Assembly (NCBI GenBank): GCA_964482735.1
Contig: CAYZYV010000002.1
Coordinates: 22,061 to 86,060, forward strand
DNA length: 64,000 bases
Source of the DNA: an uncultured Candidatus Saccharibacteria bacterium
Lineage (GTDB): Bacteria > Patescibacteriota > Minisyncoccia > Phycocordibacterales > UBA9973
Direction: 5' to 3'
The notes under the pieces were generated by a model, which did not search any database, was not told the origin of the DNA, and worked only from the letters and a program-made list of their open reading frames with translations. Positions within the stretch are counted from its first letter, which is position 1. Each line of letters opens with the position of its first letter. The translations under genes and the position numbers were made by a program. Positions 39,609 through 48,318 of this stretch are shown one piece after another.

Positions 39609-40859
39609 TTAAATAGGAAGATTAGAAGGAGGCTTTGCAATTTTGGTTTCGACTCTCTTAAAGCTAGGAGTTTCAGAAACCATTCCAGGAAAGTGGTAAA
39701 TACTAGCTAATTCTTCAGAAGATAAGACAAAGACTTTGGGCTTTCCTAGAGGGCTAAAGAATTTTAGATATTTGGGTAAATCCAAACTTAAATAAAAAGG
39801 TGGGTTAAAGAACATTCTTAATCTATAAGAATCTAATATTCTATTTTTATATTTAAATATTGTTGTTCCTAGTGGATCATCCCAAGCGTTGTCAAATTCA
39901 GTTGAATTAATTCTCTCTAATTCGTTTGAGTTTGCCAAAGTAAATTGTCTAAATATCAACTTAGCAGATCTACTTAATCCATTAAATTGATCCTCAGATA
40001 CTATTTTTTTATCTGATAAAGCAACAACTCTTATTCCACATTCAAAGTGAAGTTGCCCTAATTGATCGTTAATAGCTTTTACGACAGGTTCAACAATTTT
40101 AGGAGTTCTAATATCGGTATCAGTTTCTCCTTTTTCATTTTTTTGAATTTTTGTATAAGGTTTTAAGTATTTTAATAAGAATTCAGAAGCTGCTTCGTTA
40201 AAATCAACCTTCTTATCTTTTTTCTCGCTGTAATACTTTTTTGAGGTATTTTTTGCTAGGATTTGAATCCAAAGTTGTTGACCTTTTGTAATAGACCCCA
40301 ACAATTCTATTATAGGTGTAATAGGATCTACTTTAAATTCTTCTTTTGTACCAGCTCTCATCTCTTCCCCATATGATTTATATGTTTTGAGCGGAAAGAA
40401 GTCGTCTTTTTTCTTAGCATATTCGCACCCCCACATATACCAATCACTATCTTTAGAAAATTGAGGAATCTCATAAACATAATCCTCTACTTCTAGAACT
40501 TTAGCTTGAGGATATTGAGCATAAATTTGAGTTTGAACAAGATCTTTAATACTATTTTGAGTCCTAATATAGAAATGAACACGTCCATCTATAGATATCA
40601 TCTCTAAAGAAAACCAAAGTTTAGGATCAAAAGTATTAGAAAAGAATAATTCCATAGCAGAAGGACTTTTTGATATCTCTCTTGGAACTTGAACTTCTAA
40701 AAGGGTCCACTTGGGCTCAAGTTCATTCATTTCTTTTTTATAATAACCCCAATATTTTAGTGCTATTATCGCAAGAGGAATCGGTAAAATAAGTGCAATG
40801 AAAGTTAAAATTGCATTTAAGATATTTGTTCCTTCATTTGCTATTATTGTTTCTACCAT
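39609..40859 (-). CDS. Hypothetical membrane-anchored protein
   Basis: N-terminal TM; LLE...P, FSLE, YAQYP, ELASIYHFP, PP.NLP. Confidence 0.8.
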   Translation of the reverse strand: MVETIIANEGTNILNAILTFIALILPIPLAIIALKYWGYYKKEMNELEPKWTLLEVQVPREISKSPSAMELFFSNTFDPKLWFSLEMISIDGRVHFYIRTQNSIKDLVQTQIYAQYPQAKVLEVEDYVYEIPQFSKDSDWYMWGCEYAKKKDDFFPLKTYKSYGEEMRAGTKEEFKVDPITPIIELLGSITKGQQLWIQILAKNTSKKYYSEKKDKKVDFNEAASEFLLKYLKPYTKIQKNEKGETDTDIRTPKIVEPVVKAINDQLGQLHFECGIRVVALSDKKIVSEDQFNGLSRSAKLIFRQFTLANSNELERINSTEFDNAWDDPLGTTIFKYKNRILDSYRLRMFFNPPFYLSLDLPKYLKFFSPLGKPKVFVLSSEELASIYHFPGMVSETPSFKRVETKIAKPPSNLPI

Positions 40860-40881
40860 ATTACTTTCTGTATTATAGCAT

Positions 40882-40931
40882 ATCTAAAACGATAAAACAC
40901 CTAAAGACTTAGGTGTTTTATCGTTTTAGAT
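40882..40931 (-). terminator. 23-bp perfect hairpin
   Basis: atctaaaacgataaaacacctaa-agac-ttaggtgttttatcgttttagat. Confidence 0.8.
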
Positions 40932-41957
40932 TAATGTGTATTCTCCGTTCTTATTTTTCTTGAAGTATTTATTGTTTTGTAGATTAACCAAAATTGTATT
41001 TTTCTTTAGGTATCTTTCTTTCATTACTTGTTCTACAATGTCTTCTTTTTTCATAGGGCCATTCTTCTTTAGTAAGTCTCGGATAACATCTTTTACTACT
41101 CCGGTCTTATAACCCCATTCTGCTAAAGCATATATACCTCTACCAACTAGAACAAATCTCTTATCCTTAATCAATTCATTGTGACATGTAGCTGTGTGAC
41201 ATTTCTTTCCAAAGTTTTCAGAAACAGCCTTGGCTACTTCTCTAAAGTGCATGGGTGAACCGTGCTTCTTCATCATAAGGTATGCATAATCTTTTACCCC
41301 TCTTGTTTTAATTCCAGGAGCAGCTGTTTTCCCCCATTCTCCCAAAGGATTCTTGCTTAGTTTCTTAGAGATAGACAACCATCTCTTTGCAATCTCTTCA
41401 TTTCTGTATTGATCAGATATTTCGCTTACTTCGCTTAAAAATCTAGAAACTAAATCTCCTTCTGAGACTAATTGATCATCTGATAGATTTTCATATATTT
41501 TATCTAGAGCTTTTCTTATTTTTTCGGCTGTATCATTATCAATTGTCCAGTGAGTTTTAAAATTATCGTCCTCTTTATGTTTAGAAAAATCATTTCCTAG
41601 TGTTAAAAAGAAGTGCATGTAATTTTGAGTTAACTTGTCTTTAGAAAGATGAGATAGTAATTCTTGCTCAGAAACTATAGCACCCATTGTGTGCATTAAG
41701 TTTTTAAGTTCTTCAAAAATTTGTTTTTCTGTTTGAAAGTTCTCTGATTTTCGAATAAAGGATATTGCTGCATTTTCAATCTGTCTAACCCTTTCTCTTG
41801 TTATTCCATATTTTTTACCAATGGCTTCTAAAGTTTTTCTTTGTGTGTCATCAGATAAACCGAATCTGTTTACTATGACCTCGTAAGCTCTTGGTTGTAA
41901 ACCAGAAAGTATTTTTTTTGTAACCTGTTTAGGTTTGAAAGTTATAGTGCTTGTCAT
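40926..41957 (-). CDS. Sigma70 region-4 HTH fused to C-terminal winged-helix (HARE-HTH/RpoE-delta-like) domains
   Basis: RFGL...TLEAIG..YGITRERVRQIE; PMHF.E.A...HNELI...RFV.VGRG.YAL.EW; start at MTST. Confidence 0.8.
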   Translation of the reverse strand: MTSTITFKPKQVTKKILSGLQPRAYEVIVNRFGLSDDTQRKTLEAIGKKYGITRERVRQIENAAISFIRKSENFQTEKQIFEELKNLMHTMGAIVSEQELLSHLSKDKLTQNYMHFFLTLGNDFSKHKEDDNFKTHWTIDNDTAEKIRKALDKIYENLSDDQLVSEGDLVSRFLSEVSEISDQYRNEEIAKRWLSISKKLSKNPLGEWGKTAAPGIKTRGVKDYAYLMMKKHGSPMHFREVAKAVSENFGKKCHTATCHNELIKDKRFVLVGRGIYALAEWGYKTGVVKDVIRDLLKKNGPMKKEDIVEQVMKERYLKKNTILVNLQNNKYFKKNKNGEYTLI

Positions 41958-42035
41958 TTTTAGTAATTTTGTTAATAAAAAACTATCTCTTAATAAATTT
42001 ACAATATCATTATTGTCTAATAAAGTCAATAGTTG

Positions 42036-43853
42036 CTAATTCTCTTGTTTTTTTAAAGCAGATTTAGCTTTAGCTCGATCCGCCTCTTTCAAAATCTTTT
42101 TTCTTAATCTGGTGCTTTTAGGTGTAATTTCTAGATATTCATCCTCAGCCATTATTTCTAGCCCGCGTTCTATCGTTATCTTGTAAGGTGGTTTAACAAT
42201 TATAGCCTCATCGGTACCAGAGGCTCTCATATTTGATAATTGTTTACCTTTCGTAGGATTTACTGTCATTTCATCTCCTTTTGTGACATTACCTATAACC
42301 ATTCCCTCATATACTTCATCACCATGTTCTACGTATAAAGTACCCCTTTCTTGTAATGTCCACAAAGAAAAAGCAATTACTTTTCCAGGGACCATAGAAG
42401 TCATTGAACCAACATCTCTCTTTTTAATCTCTCCAGCGTGTTCTTTAAAACCAATAAAACGAGATGCTAATATTCCCTCACCCCTAGTATCAACTATAAA
42501 TTGATTTCTATATCCTAAGAGGCCTCTTGTTGGTATTTCAATTAAGAGTCTAACAATGCCTTCTTTTTCACTCATATGAGTAATCATTCCACGGCGAGAA
42601 GTTAATTTTTCTATTACTGAACCAGAATATTCGTTGCGTACATCAATAGTAACTTCTTCGTATGGTTCTAATTTTTTTCCATTTTCTTCTTTCACGATAA
42701 CGTGAGGTTGAGATACTTGCAATTCATAACCTTCTCGTCTCATATTTTCTAACAACACAGCAATGTGTAATTCCCCACGTCCGTAGACAAGAAAACCTTC
42801 TCTCTCTTCTTCGTTGTCTTCTTTATTAAAATTAACTCTCAAACCTACGTTCATTTCTAGCTCTTTTTCCAATCTTTCTTTTATTTGTCTGCTAGTTACA
42901 AATTTTCCTTCTCTACCTGCAAAAGGAGAATCGTTGACTAAGAAATTTAAAGAAATAGTTGGTTCATCTATGGTAATAGAAGGTAAAGGTTCGGTGTTTT
43001 CTTTATCACAAATTGTTTCTCCTATATATACGTCTGGTATTCCAGCTATGACCCCTATATCTCCAGAAGTTAAAACACTAGCTTCTTTACGACTAATTCC
43101 TTCAAAAGAAAACATTTTTGAGATTTTTGAATTTCTTGTTTGGCCATCTGCTTTTTTAACTAAAATAGGGCTAGCTGTCTTTATAGAACCTGAATAAACT
43201 CTAACAATAGCCAATCTGCCTAAAAAGTTATCGTATCCAAGATTAAAAACCTGGGCTCGAAAATCTTTTTCTTGGTCTACAGAAGCTTCTTTAACCTCTT
43301 CTAATATAAGATCAAAAAGAGGTGTGAGATCTTTTGATTCGTCTTCAAGTTTTAATTTAGCAACTCCTTCTCGGCTTATTGCATATACTACTTTAAAATC
43401 TAATTGTTCATTACTTGCTCCCAATTCTAAAAATAATTCAAAAACTTCATCTAGAACCCTTTTAGGATTAGCTGCTGGTTTGTCTATCTTGTTTATTACT
43501 ACTATTGGTTTTAATCCTAGTTCTAGTGATTTTTTTAGTACAAAACGAGTTTGAGGCATTGGTCCTTCTTGTGCATCAACTAACAATAAAACAGAGTCTA
43601 TCGCTCTTAAAACACGTTCTACTTCAGAACCAAAATCAGCGTGCCCTGGAGTGTCCACGATGTTAATTTTTGTATCTTTGTAAACAACAGAAGTGTTTTT
43701 AGAATAAATAGTAATACCTCTTTCTTGTTCGAGAGCATTAGAATCCATAGAAACTCCATCTTCTACCATTTTACATTGCTTCATCATCTGGTCAGTTAAA
43801 GTAGTCTTTCCATGATCAACGTGAGCAATAATCGCAATGTTTCTAATTTCCAT
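42036..43853 (-). CDS. typA: Translational GTPase TypA/BipA
   Basis: [30 protein letters not shown]. Confidence 0.97.
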   Translation of the reverse strand: MEIRNIAIIAHVDHGKTTLTDQMMKQCKMVEDGVSMDSNALEQERGITIYSKNTSVVYKDTKINIVDTPGHADFGSEVERVLRAIDSVLLLVDAQEGPMPQTRFVLKKSLELGLKPIVVINKIDKPAANPKRVLDEVFELFLELGASNEQLDFKVVYAISREGVAKLKLEDESKDLTPLFDLILEEVKEASVDQEKDFRAQVFNLGYDNFLGRLAIVRVYSGSIKTASPILVKKADGQTRNSKISKMFSFEGISRKEASVLTSGDIGVIAGIPDVYIGETICDKENTEPLPSITIDEPTISLNFLVNDSPFAGREGKFVTSRQIKERLEKELEMNVGLRVNFNKEDNEEEREGFLVYGRGELHIAVLLENMRREGYELQVSQPHVIVKEENGKKLEPYEEVTIDVRNEYSGSVIEKLTSRRGMITHMSEKEGIVRLLIEIPTRGLLGYRNQFIVDTRGEGILASRFIGFKEHAGEIKKRDVGSMTSMVPGKVIAFSLWTLQERGTLYVEHGDEVYEGMVIGNVTKGDEMTVNPTKGKQLSNMRASGTDEAIIVKPPYKITIERGLEIMAEDEYLEITPKSTRLRKKILKEADRAKAKSALKKQEN

Positions 43854-43992
43854 AAATAATTTATAGTGATAATAAAAAATAATTTTTCGTAAAAAAACAA
43901 AATCGCCTCAAGGCGAATTTACATCTACTCTTATATTATATCATAAATATAATCAAAAGTAAACATTAAATAAGGAACGATTTTGTTTAAAA

Positions 43993-45093
43993 CTAAAATA
44001 GTTTTGTGATGTCATTGTATGTGATAAATAACATCAATAAAATAAGAATTCCAAAGCCAATACTATTAATTAATCCGGCCACACTAGATTTAATTCGGGA
44101 ACCTTTTATTTTTTCTATTAACAAGAATAATAACTTACCTCCATCTAGTGCTGGGAATGGAATGAGATTGATAACTGCAAGGTTGATAGAGATTAGGGCT
44201 GTAAATGACAATAAGTAAATAAAACCAAAATCTGCAGCATCTCCAACAACGCTAACTATACCAACAGGTCCTGAGATAGAAGAAAGATCGCCGTCACCTT
44301 TAATAGAACTTTTAATTAAATCGAAAAATCCAGTAGCTGTTCCTATGAACAAATTTCCTGAAAGTTTAAAGCCTTCATACAAAGCTTGATGTATAGGTAA
44401 TTTCAATTTACCTATCATATCCATAGAAATTCCTAGTTTAGAAGTTTTTTCTTCATCTAAAACAGGTTTTGTACTTAAGGTTAAAGTATCTTTTGCTCTA
44501 GTTATGTTAACCCTAACTTCTTCATTGGGGTGTTTTTTGATAAAATTTTGGACAGCTGTCTGATCAAAATAAGAAGATAATAATAGTGTTGAGTCTGCAT
44601 CTGTTTCTAAATAATTAATCTTATCTCCTGTTTTTAACCCAGCAATGTCTGCGGGTGATCCTTCTAAAACACTTGTAATAGTTAAAGCCTGATCTTTTAT
44701 TCTATTTGTGTTTGAAAACGAACTTGTAGACGAAGGTAATCCAGACATAAAACCAACCGAGAGTAAAAACCAAGCCAAAACAAAGTTCATGGTTACTCCA
44801 GCTACTAGCACTAAAGCCTGGTTCCACCTAGGTTTACTTATAAAACTTCTACTAGCATCTTGTTTTAATGTTTCTTCATCTCCATCTTCACCATATATTT
44901 TTACGTATCCACCAAATGGAACTGCGTTAATGTTGTAATTAGTTTCCCCTACTTTTTTACCTATAATTTTAGGAGGAAAACCAAAAGAAAATTCATCAAC
45001 TCTGATTCCTGACTTTTTAGCAACTATAAAATGACCAAATTCATGGGCTACTACTACAACTAAAAGAATAATAACAAAAATTAAAATAGACAT
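43993..45093 (-). CDS. rseP: RseP-like site-2 metalloprotease with PDZ domain
   Basis: HEFGH, P.GGYV, SPA..AGL, NLIP.PALDGG. Confidence 0.93.
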   Translation of the reverse strand: MSILIFVIILLVVVVAHEFGHFIVAKKSGIRVDEFSFGFPPKIIGKKVGETNYNINAVPFGGYVKIYGEDGDEETLKQDASRSFISKPRWNQALVLVAGVTMNFVLAWFLLSVGFMSGLPSSTSSFSNTNRIKDQALTITSVLEGSPADIAGLKTGDKINYLETDADSTLLLSSYFDQTAVQNFIKKHPNEEVRVNITRAKDTLTLSTKPVLDEEKTSKLGISMDMIGKLKLPIHQALYEGFKLSGNLFIGTATGFFDLIKSSIKGDGDLSSISGPVGIVSVVGDAADFGFIYLLSFTALISINLAVINLIPFPALDGGKLLFLLIEKIKGSRIKSSVAGLINSIGFGILILLMLFITYNDITKLF

Positions 45094-45098
45094 AAAAA

Positions 45099-45635
45099 TT
45101 AGTTATTCATTAAATCCTTCTCCTTTTTGTCAAAGATAGACTCTAGATTATTATTTGTTTCATCAACGCATTTTTGGATATCTTCCTTTGCTCTCTTTAT
45201 TTCATCTTCTGTTAATCCATCAAGGGAATCAATTTCTGACTGCCTTTCTTTTCTAACACTTATTCTAGCGTCTTCTAATTTTTCCTTTAGAACCTTAACA
45301 AGTTTTGCCCTATTTTCTGTGGTAAGCATTGGGAAAATAGCCCTGACTCCATCACTATCAGAAATAATCGATAATCCTAGGTTTGATTCATTGATAGCAC
45401 TTTCTATCAACCTTATTTGGCTTTTATCCCAAGGTGCAATTCTGAGCGTTTTAGGGTCTTCTACCGTAACACTGGCTATATTTTTAATAGGCATTCTACT
45501 CCCATAACTTTCAACCATAACGCTATCTAATATCATAGGTGTCGCTCTCCCTGTATGAACAGCTCCATATTCTTTAGAAAGCCATTCCTCTATCTTTTTT
45601 AAATTGTTTTTAAAATTTTGTGTATTATATTGCAT
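45099..45635 (-). CDS. frr: Ribosome recycling factor
   Basis: TGRA.P..LD...V..YG, I.PWD, P.LT.E.R. Confidence 0.96.
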   Translation of the reverse strand: MQYNTQNFKNNLKKIEEWLSKEYGAVHTGRATPMILDSVMVESYGSRMPIKNIASVTVEDPKTLRIAPWDKSQIRLIESAINESNLGLSIISDSDGVRAIFPMLTTENRAKLVKVLKEKLEDARISVRKERQSEIDSLDGLTEDEIKRAKEDIQKCVDETNNNLESIFDKKEKDLMNN

Positions 45636-45671
45636 AAATATATTTTACTATAAAAAATTAATAATATGAAA

Positions 45672-46370
45672 TTATAAGATTAAAGCAATGTGTTCTAATA
45701 TCATTTTTACAGAAGCTCCTGAAAGGTTTAAATACTTTTTGTTTTTCGCTATTTCTTCTAAAATAAATATATTATTATCCTGGGGTGTCTTTTTAAAATC
45801 TAAATATATTATTTTTTCTATTTCATTAAGTAAATCTATCGCAAAACGTCTAAGGGGACCACTGGAATCATCGCTTTTATTCTTTTTAACTAAATCTGCA
45901 ACTATCTCTAGCTTTAATTTTAATGGGGATTTAATAATTTTTAGTGCAATTTCTTTAATTTCTTTATTTTGTTCATCTTGATATTTTATAGAATGAGTCC
46001 TCGATTTAATTGTTTCCTGAAGAATAGAAATATTTGGGGTAACAATAAAGAAGTGGGTGTTCAATCCCGGCTCTTCTATTATCTTAAGTAAAGCTTGTTC
46101 AGCTTCTCGATTTATAAAATTCGTTTCAATTAAACAAACTTTTTTACCGTGTTCTTTTGCTGGTAGTTTACTGTGCCAATCTTTAATTTCCCTACTGTTC
46201 TGTATAGTTAAAGATTCATATTTTTGATAAAAGAAATCGGGGTCTTTTAAAGTTACTATTTTTCTTTCTATTAGAAAATCTTTCAATAGGGCAGCTGTAT
46301 TATCAGAATTACCCTCCACTAAGTAGCTGTGATATAAATCTTCAGGTAGTAACTTGTTAAAAATATTCAT
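45672..46370 (-). CDS. holB: DNA polymerase III delta-prime-like protein, reduced
   Basis: EA.QALLKIIEEP and TIKSR motifs. Confidence 0.7.
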   Translation of the reverse strand: MNIFNKLLPEDLYHSYLVEGNSDNTAALLKDFLIERKIVTLKDPDFFYQKYESLTIQNSREIKDWHSKLPAKEHGKKVCLIETNFINREAEQALLKIIEEPGLNTHFFIVTPNISILQETIKSRTHSIKYQDEQNKEIKEIALKIIKSPLKLKLEIVADLVKKNKSDDSSGPLRRFAIDLLNEIEKIIYLDFKKTPQDNNIFILEEIAKNKKYLNLSGASVKMILEHIALIL

Positions 46371-46382
46371 GTCTTTATTTTA

Positions 46383-47231
46383 CTATAAAGGAAAAATATC
46401 GGAAAGTTCATTTGAATAATAAAAATCATAAGCTAAACCTCCAAAGGTATAATCTTTATTATCTATAGTAATAATTGATCCTCCTACATCTGGACTACTT
46501 TTGGGTTTAGAACGATCGAAACCTATATTGAAAAGTGTCGCATAGACCTCAGGTCGATTCCCAATGTCAAAACCGCTTCTTTGCCATTGCTTCTCTATTT
46601 CTTTTATGTACAAAGCGGTATATAGATATGAATAATAATGATCGTGCTGATCGGTAAATCTCGCCAATCTGTCATCGTCACTAAAATCTACCTCTTTGTA
46701 ATCTAATATGTTTTCATAATCTTTGCCTAAATAAAATATACTCTCTATATTTTTTAAATTCTCCTCAATCTTTTTTGCTGTATCCATTTTAATACCAGAT
46801 ATTCCATAAGAAAACTGGGTGTAAGTTCCAAGTATTTTTAGTGGTTCGAAATATTTTTTAAAGGATTCTCTGTTAGATGTAAAGAATCTTAATTGTTCAG
46901 GAATAATTACTGAAACAATCAATCGAGCCGGCAAATTAGTTTCATTGCTGACCTTTAATATCATTTCTTTATCTTTAATGATTCCATTTTTCAGTGTTTC
47001 CCATTCTGTAGTATTCATCCATTTTGGATTGTTTTTTATTGCTTCAATTTTTACATTCTCATTATCTTTGTTTTGATTAAAAAAAGAATTTCTAGAATCT
47101 ATACTGCCTTTAACATCGGTTAAATGTAGTTTCATTGCTACAAAAACTCCTACGAATAAAAAACCTATTGCTGCAAATAGATACAAGAAAAAACGAAATG
47201 TATTTCGAATGACTTTATGGTTTTTTAACAT
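46383..47231 (-). CDS. Membrane-anchored hypothetical protein, possible lysozyme-like fold
   Basis: N-terminal TM; PEQ, SYGISGIK..TA, ATLFNIG. Confidence 0.6.
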   Translation of the reverse strand: MLKNHKVIRNTFRFFLYLFAAIGFLFVGVFVAMKLHLTDVKGSIDSRNSFFNQNKDNENVKIEAIKNNPKWMNTTEWETLKNGIIKDKEMILKVSNETNLPARLIVSVIIPEQLRFFTSNRESFKKYFEPLKILGTYTQFSYGISGIKMDTAKKIEENLKNIESIFYLGKDYENILDYKEVDFSDDDRLARFTDQHDHYYSYLYTALYIKEIEKQWQRSGFDIGNRPEVYATLFNIGFDRSKPKSSPDVGGSIITIDNKDYTFGGLAYDFYYSNELSDIFPL

Positions 47232-47233
47232 TG

Positions 47234-48247
47234 TTATTTCTTACTTAAGATACTCTTTTTATAAGTATCTAGGTGATTCAATGCTTCACCTGTTCCTCTG
47301 GCTACACATAAAAGTGGTTCTTCTGCTACTTTAGCTTTAACTCCAGTCCTTCGATAAACCAAATCTGCAAGATGTCTTAGCTGGCTTGATCCTCCAGTCA
47401 TAATAATTCCGTCATCGATAATATCGGCAGATAACTCTGGAGGAGTCAGCGAGAGAACATCTTTGATGGCCCCTATCATTGTTCTTAATTCTTTATCTAT
47501 AGCCCTAACGATTTCATTTGTAGAAATTACAGCTGTTCTTGGTAATCCTTGAATATAGTCTCTTCCTTTAACTGTAATAGAAATTTCATCTTCTATCGGA
47601 ATAGCTGAACCTATCTTGATCTTAATAATTTCTGCTGTTTTATCTCCAATAGCTAGATTGTATGTTTTTTTTATGTAGTCTGTAATAGCCTGATCTATCT
47701 TATCACCTGCACATTTAACAGAAGTTGATGCAACGATACCACCAAGTGAGATAACTGCTACATCAGTAGTTCCGCCACCAATATCCATAATCATATAACC
47801 ACGAGATTCTTGAATAGGAATTCCTGCTCCTATAGCTGATAAAATTGGTTCTTTAACTACGTAGGCGTTCTTGGCACCTGCCCTTATAGCTGCTTCAATA
47901 ACAGCCCTTCTCTCTGTAGATGTTATACCGGCTGGAACCGATACCATTACGTCTGGCTTGAATAGATTAAACTTACCCAAAGTTTTAGATATAAAATAAC
48001 GAAGCATCGCCTCTGTTACCCGGTAATCAGCTATTACTCCATCCTTCATTGGTCGATAGACAATTATATTTTCAGGTGTTTTCCCAACCATTTCCTTAGC
48101 CAAGGAACCTATGGCTAAAATAGCATTATCTTGCTCAGAAACAGCTACAACAGATGGTTCATTCAAAACTATCCCCTTGCCAGGCAAATAAACGAGAGTG
48201 TTTACAGTCCCCAAATCGATACCTAATTTTTTAGAAAAAATACTCAT
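47234..48247 (-). CDS. mreB: Rod shape-determining protein MreB
   Basis: GIDLGT.NT, EPSVVA, RP.KDGVIAD, DIGGGTT, TPPEL, TGG. Confidence 0.97.
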   Translation of the reverse strand: MSIFSKKLGIDLGTVNTLVYLPGKGIVLNEPSVVAVSEQDNAILAIGSLAKEMVGKTPENIIVYRPMKDGVIADYRVTEAMLRYFISKTLGKFNLFKPDVMVSVPAGITSTERRAVIEAAIRAGAKNAYVVKEPILSAIGAGIPIQESRGYMIMDIGGGTTDVAVISLGGIVASTSVKCAGDKIDQAITDYIKKTYNLAIGDKTAEIIKIKIGSAIPIEDEISITVKGRDYIQGLPRTAVISTNEIVRAIDKELRTMIGAIKDVLSLTPPELSADIIDDGIIMTGGSSQLRHLADLVYRRTGVKAKVAEEPLLCVARGTGEALNHLDTYKKSILSKK

Positions 48248-48318
48248 ACGAATAGAATATAGCATAATTTTATAAAATTAAAAATGCCCAAAAGACAATT
48301 TTGTGTTACGATAGATAC

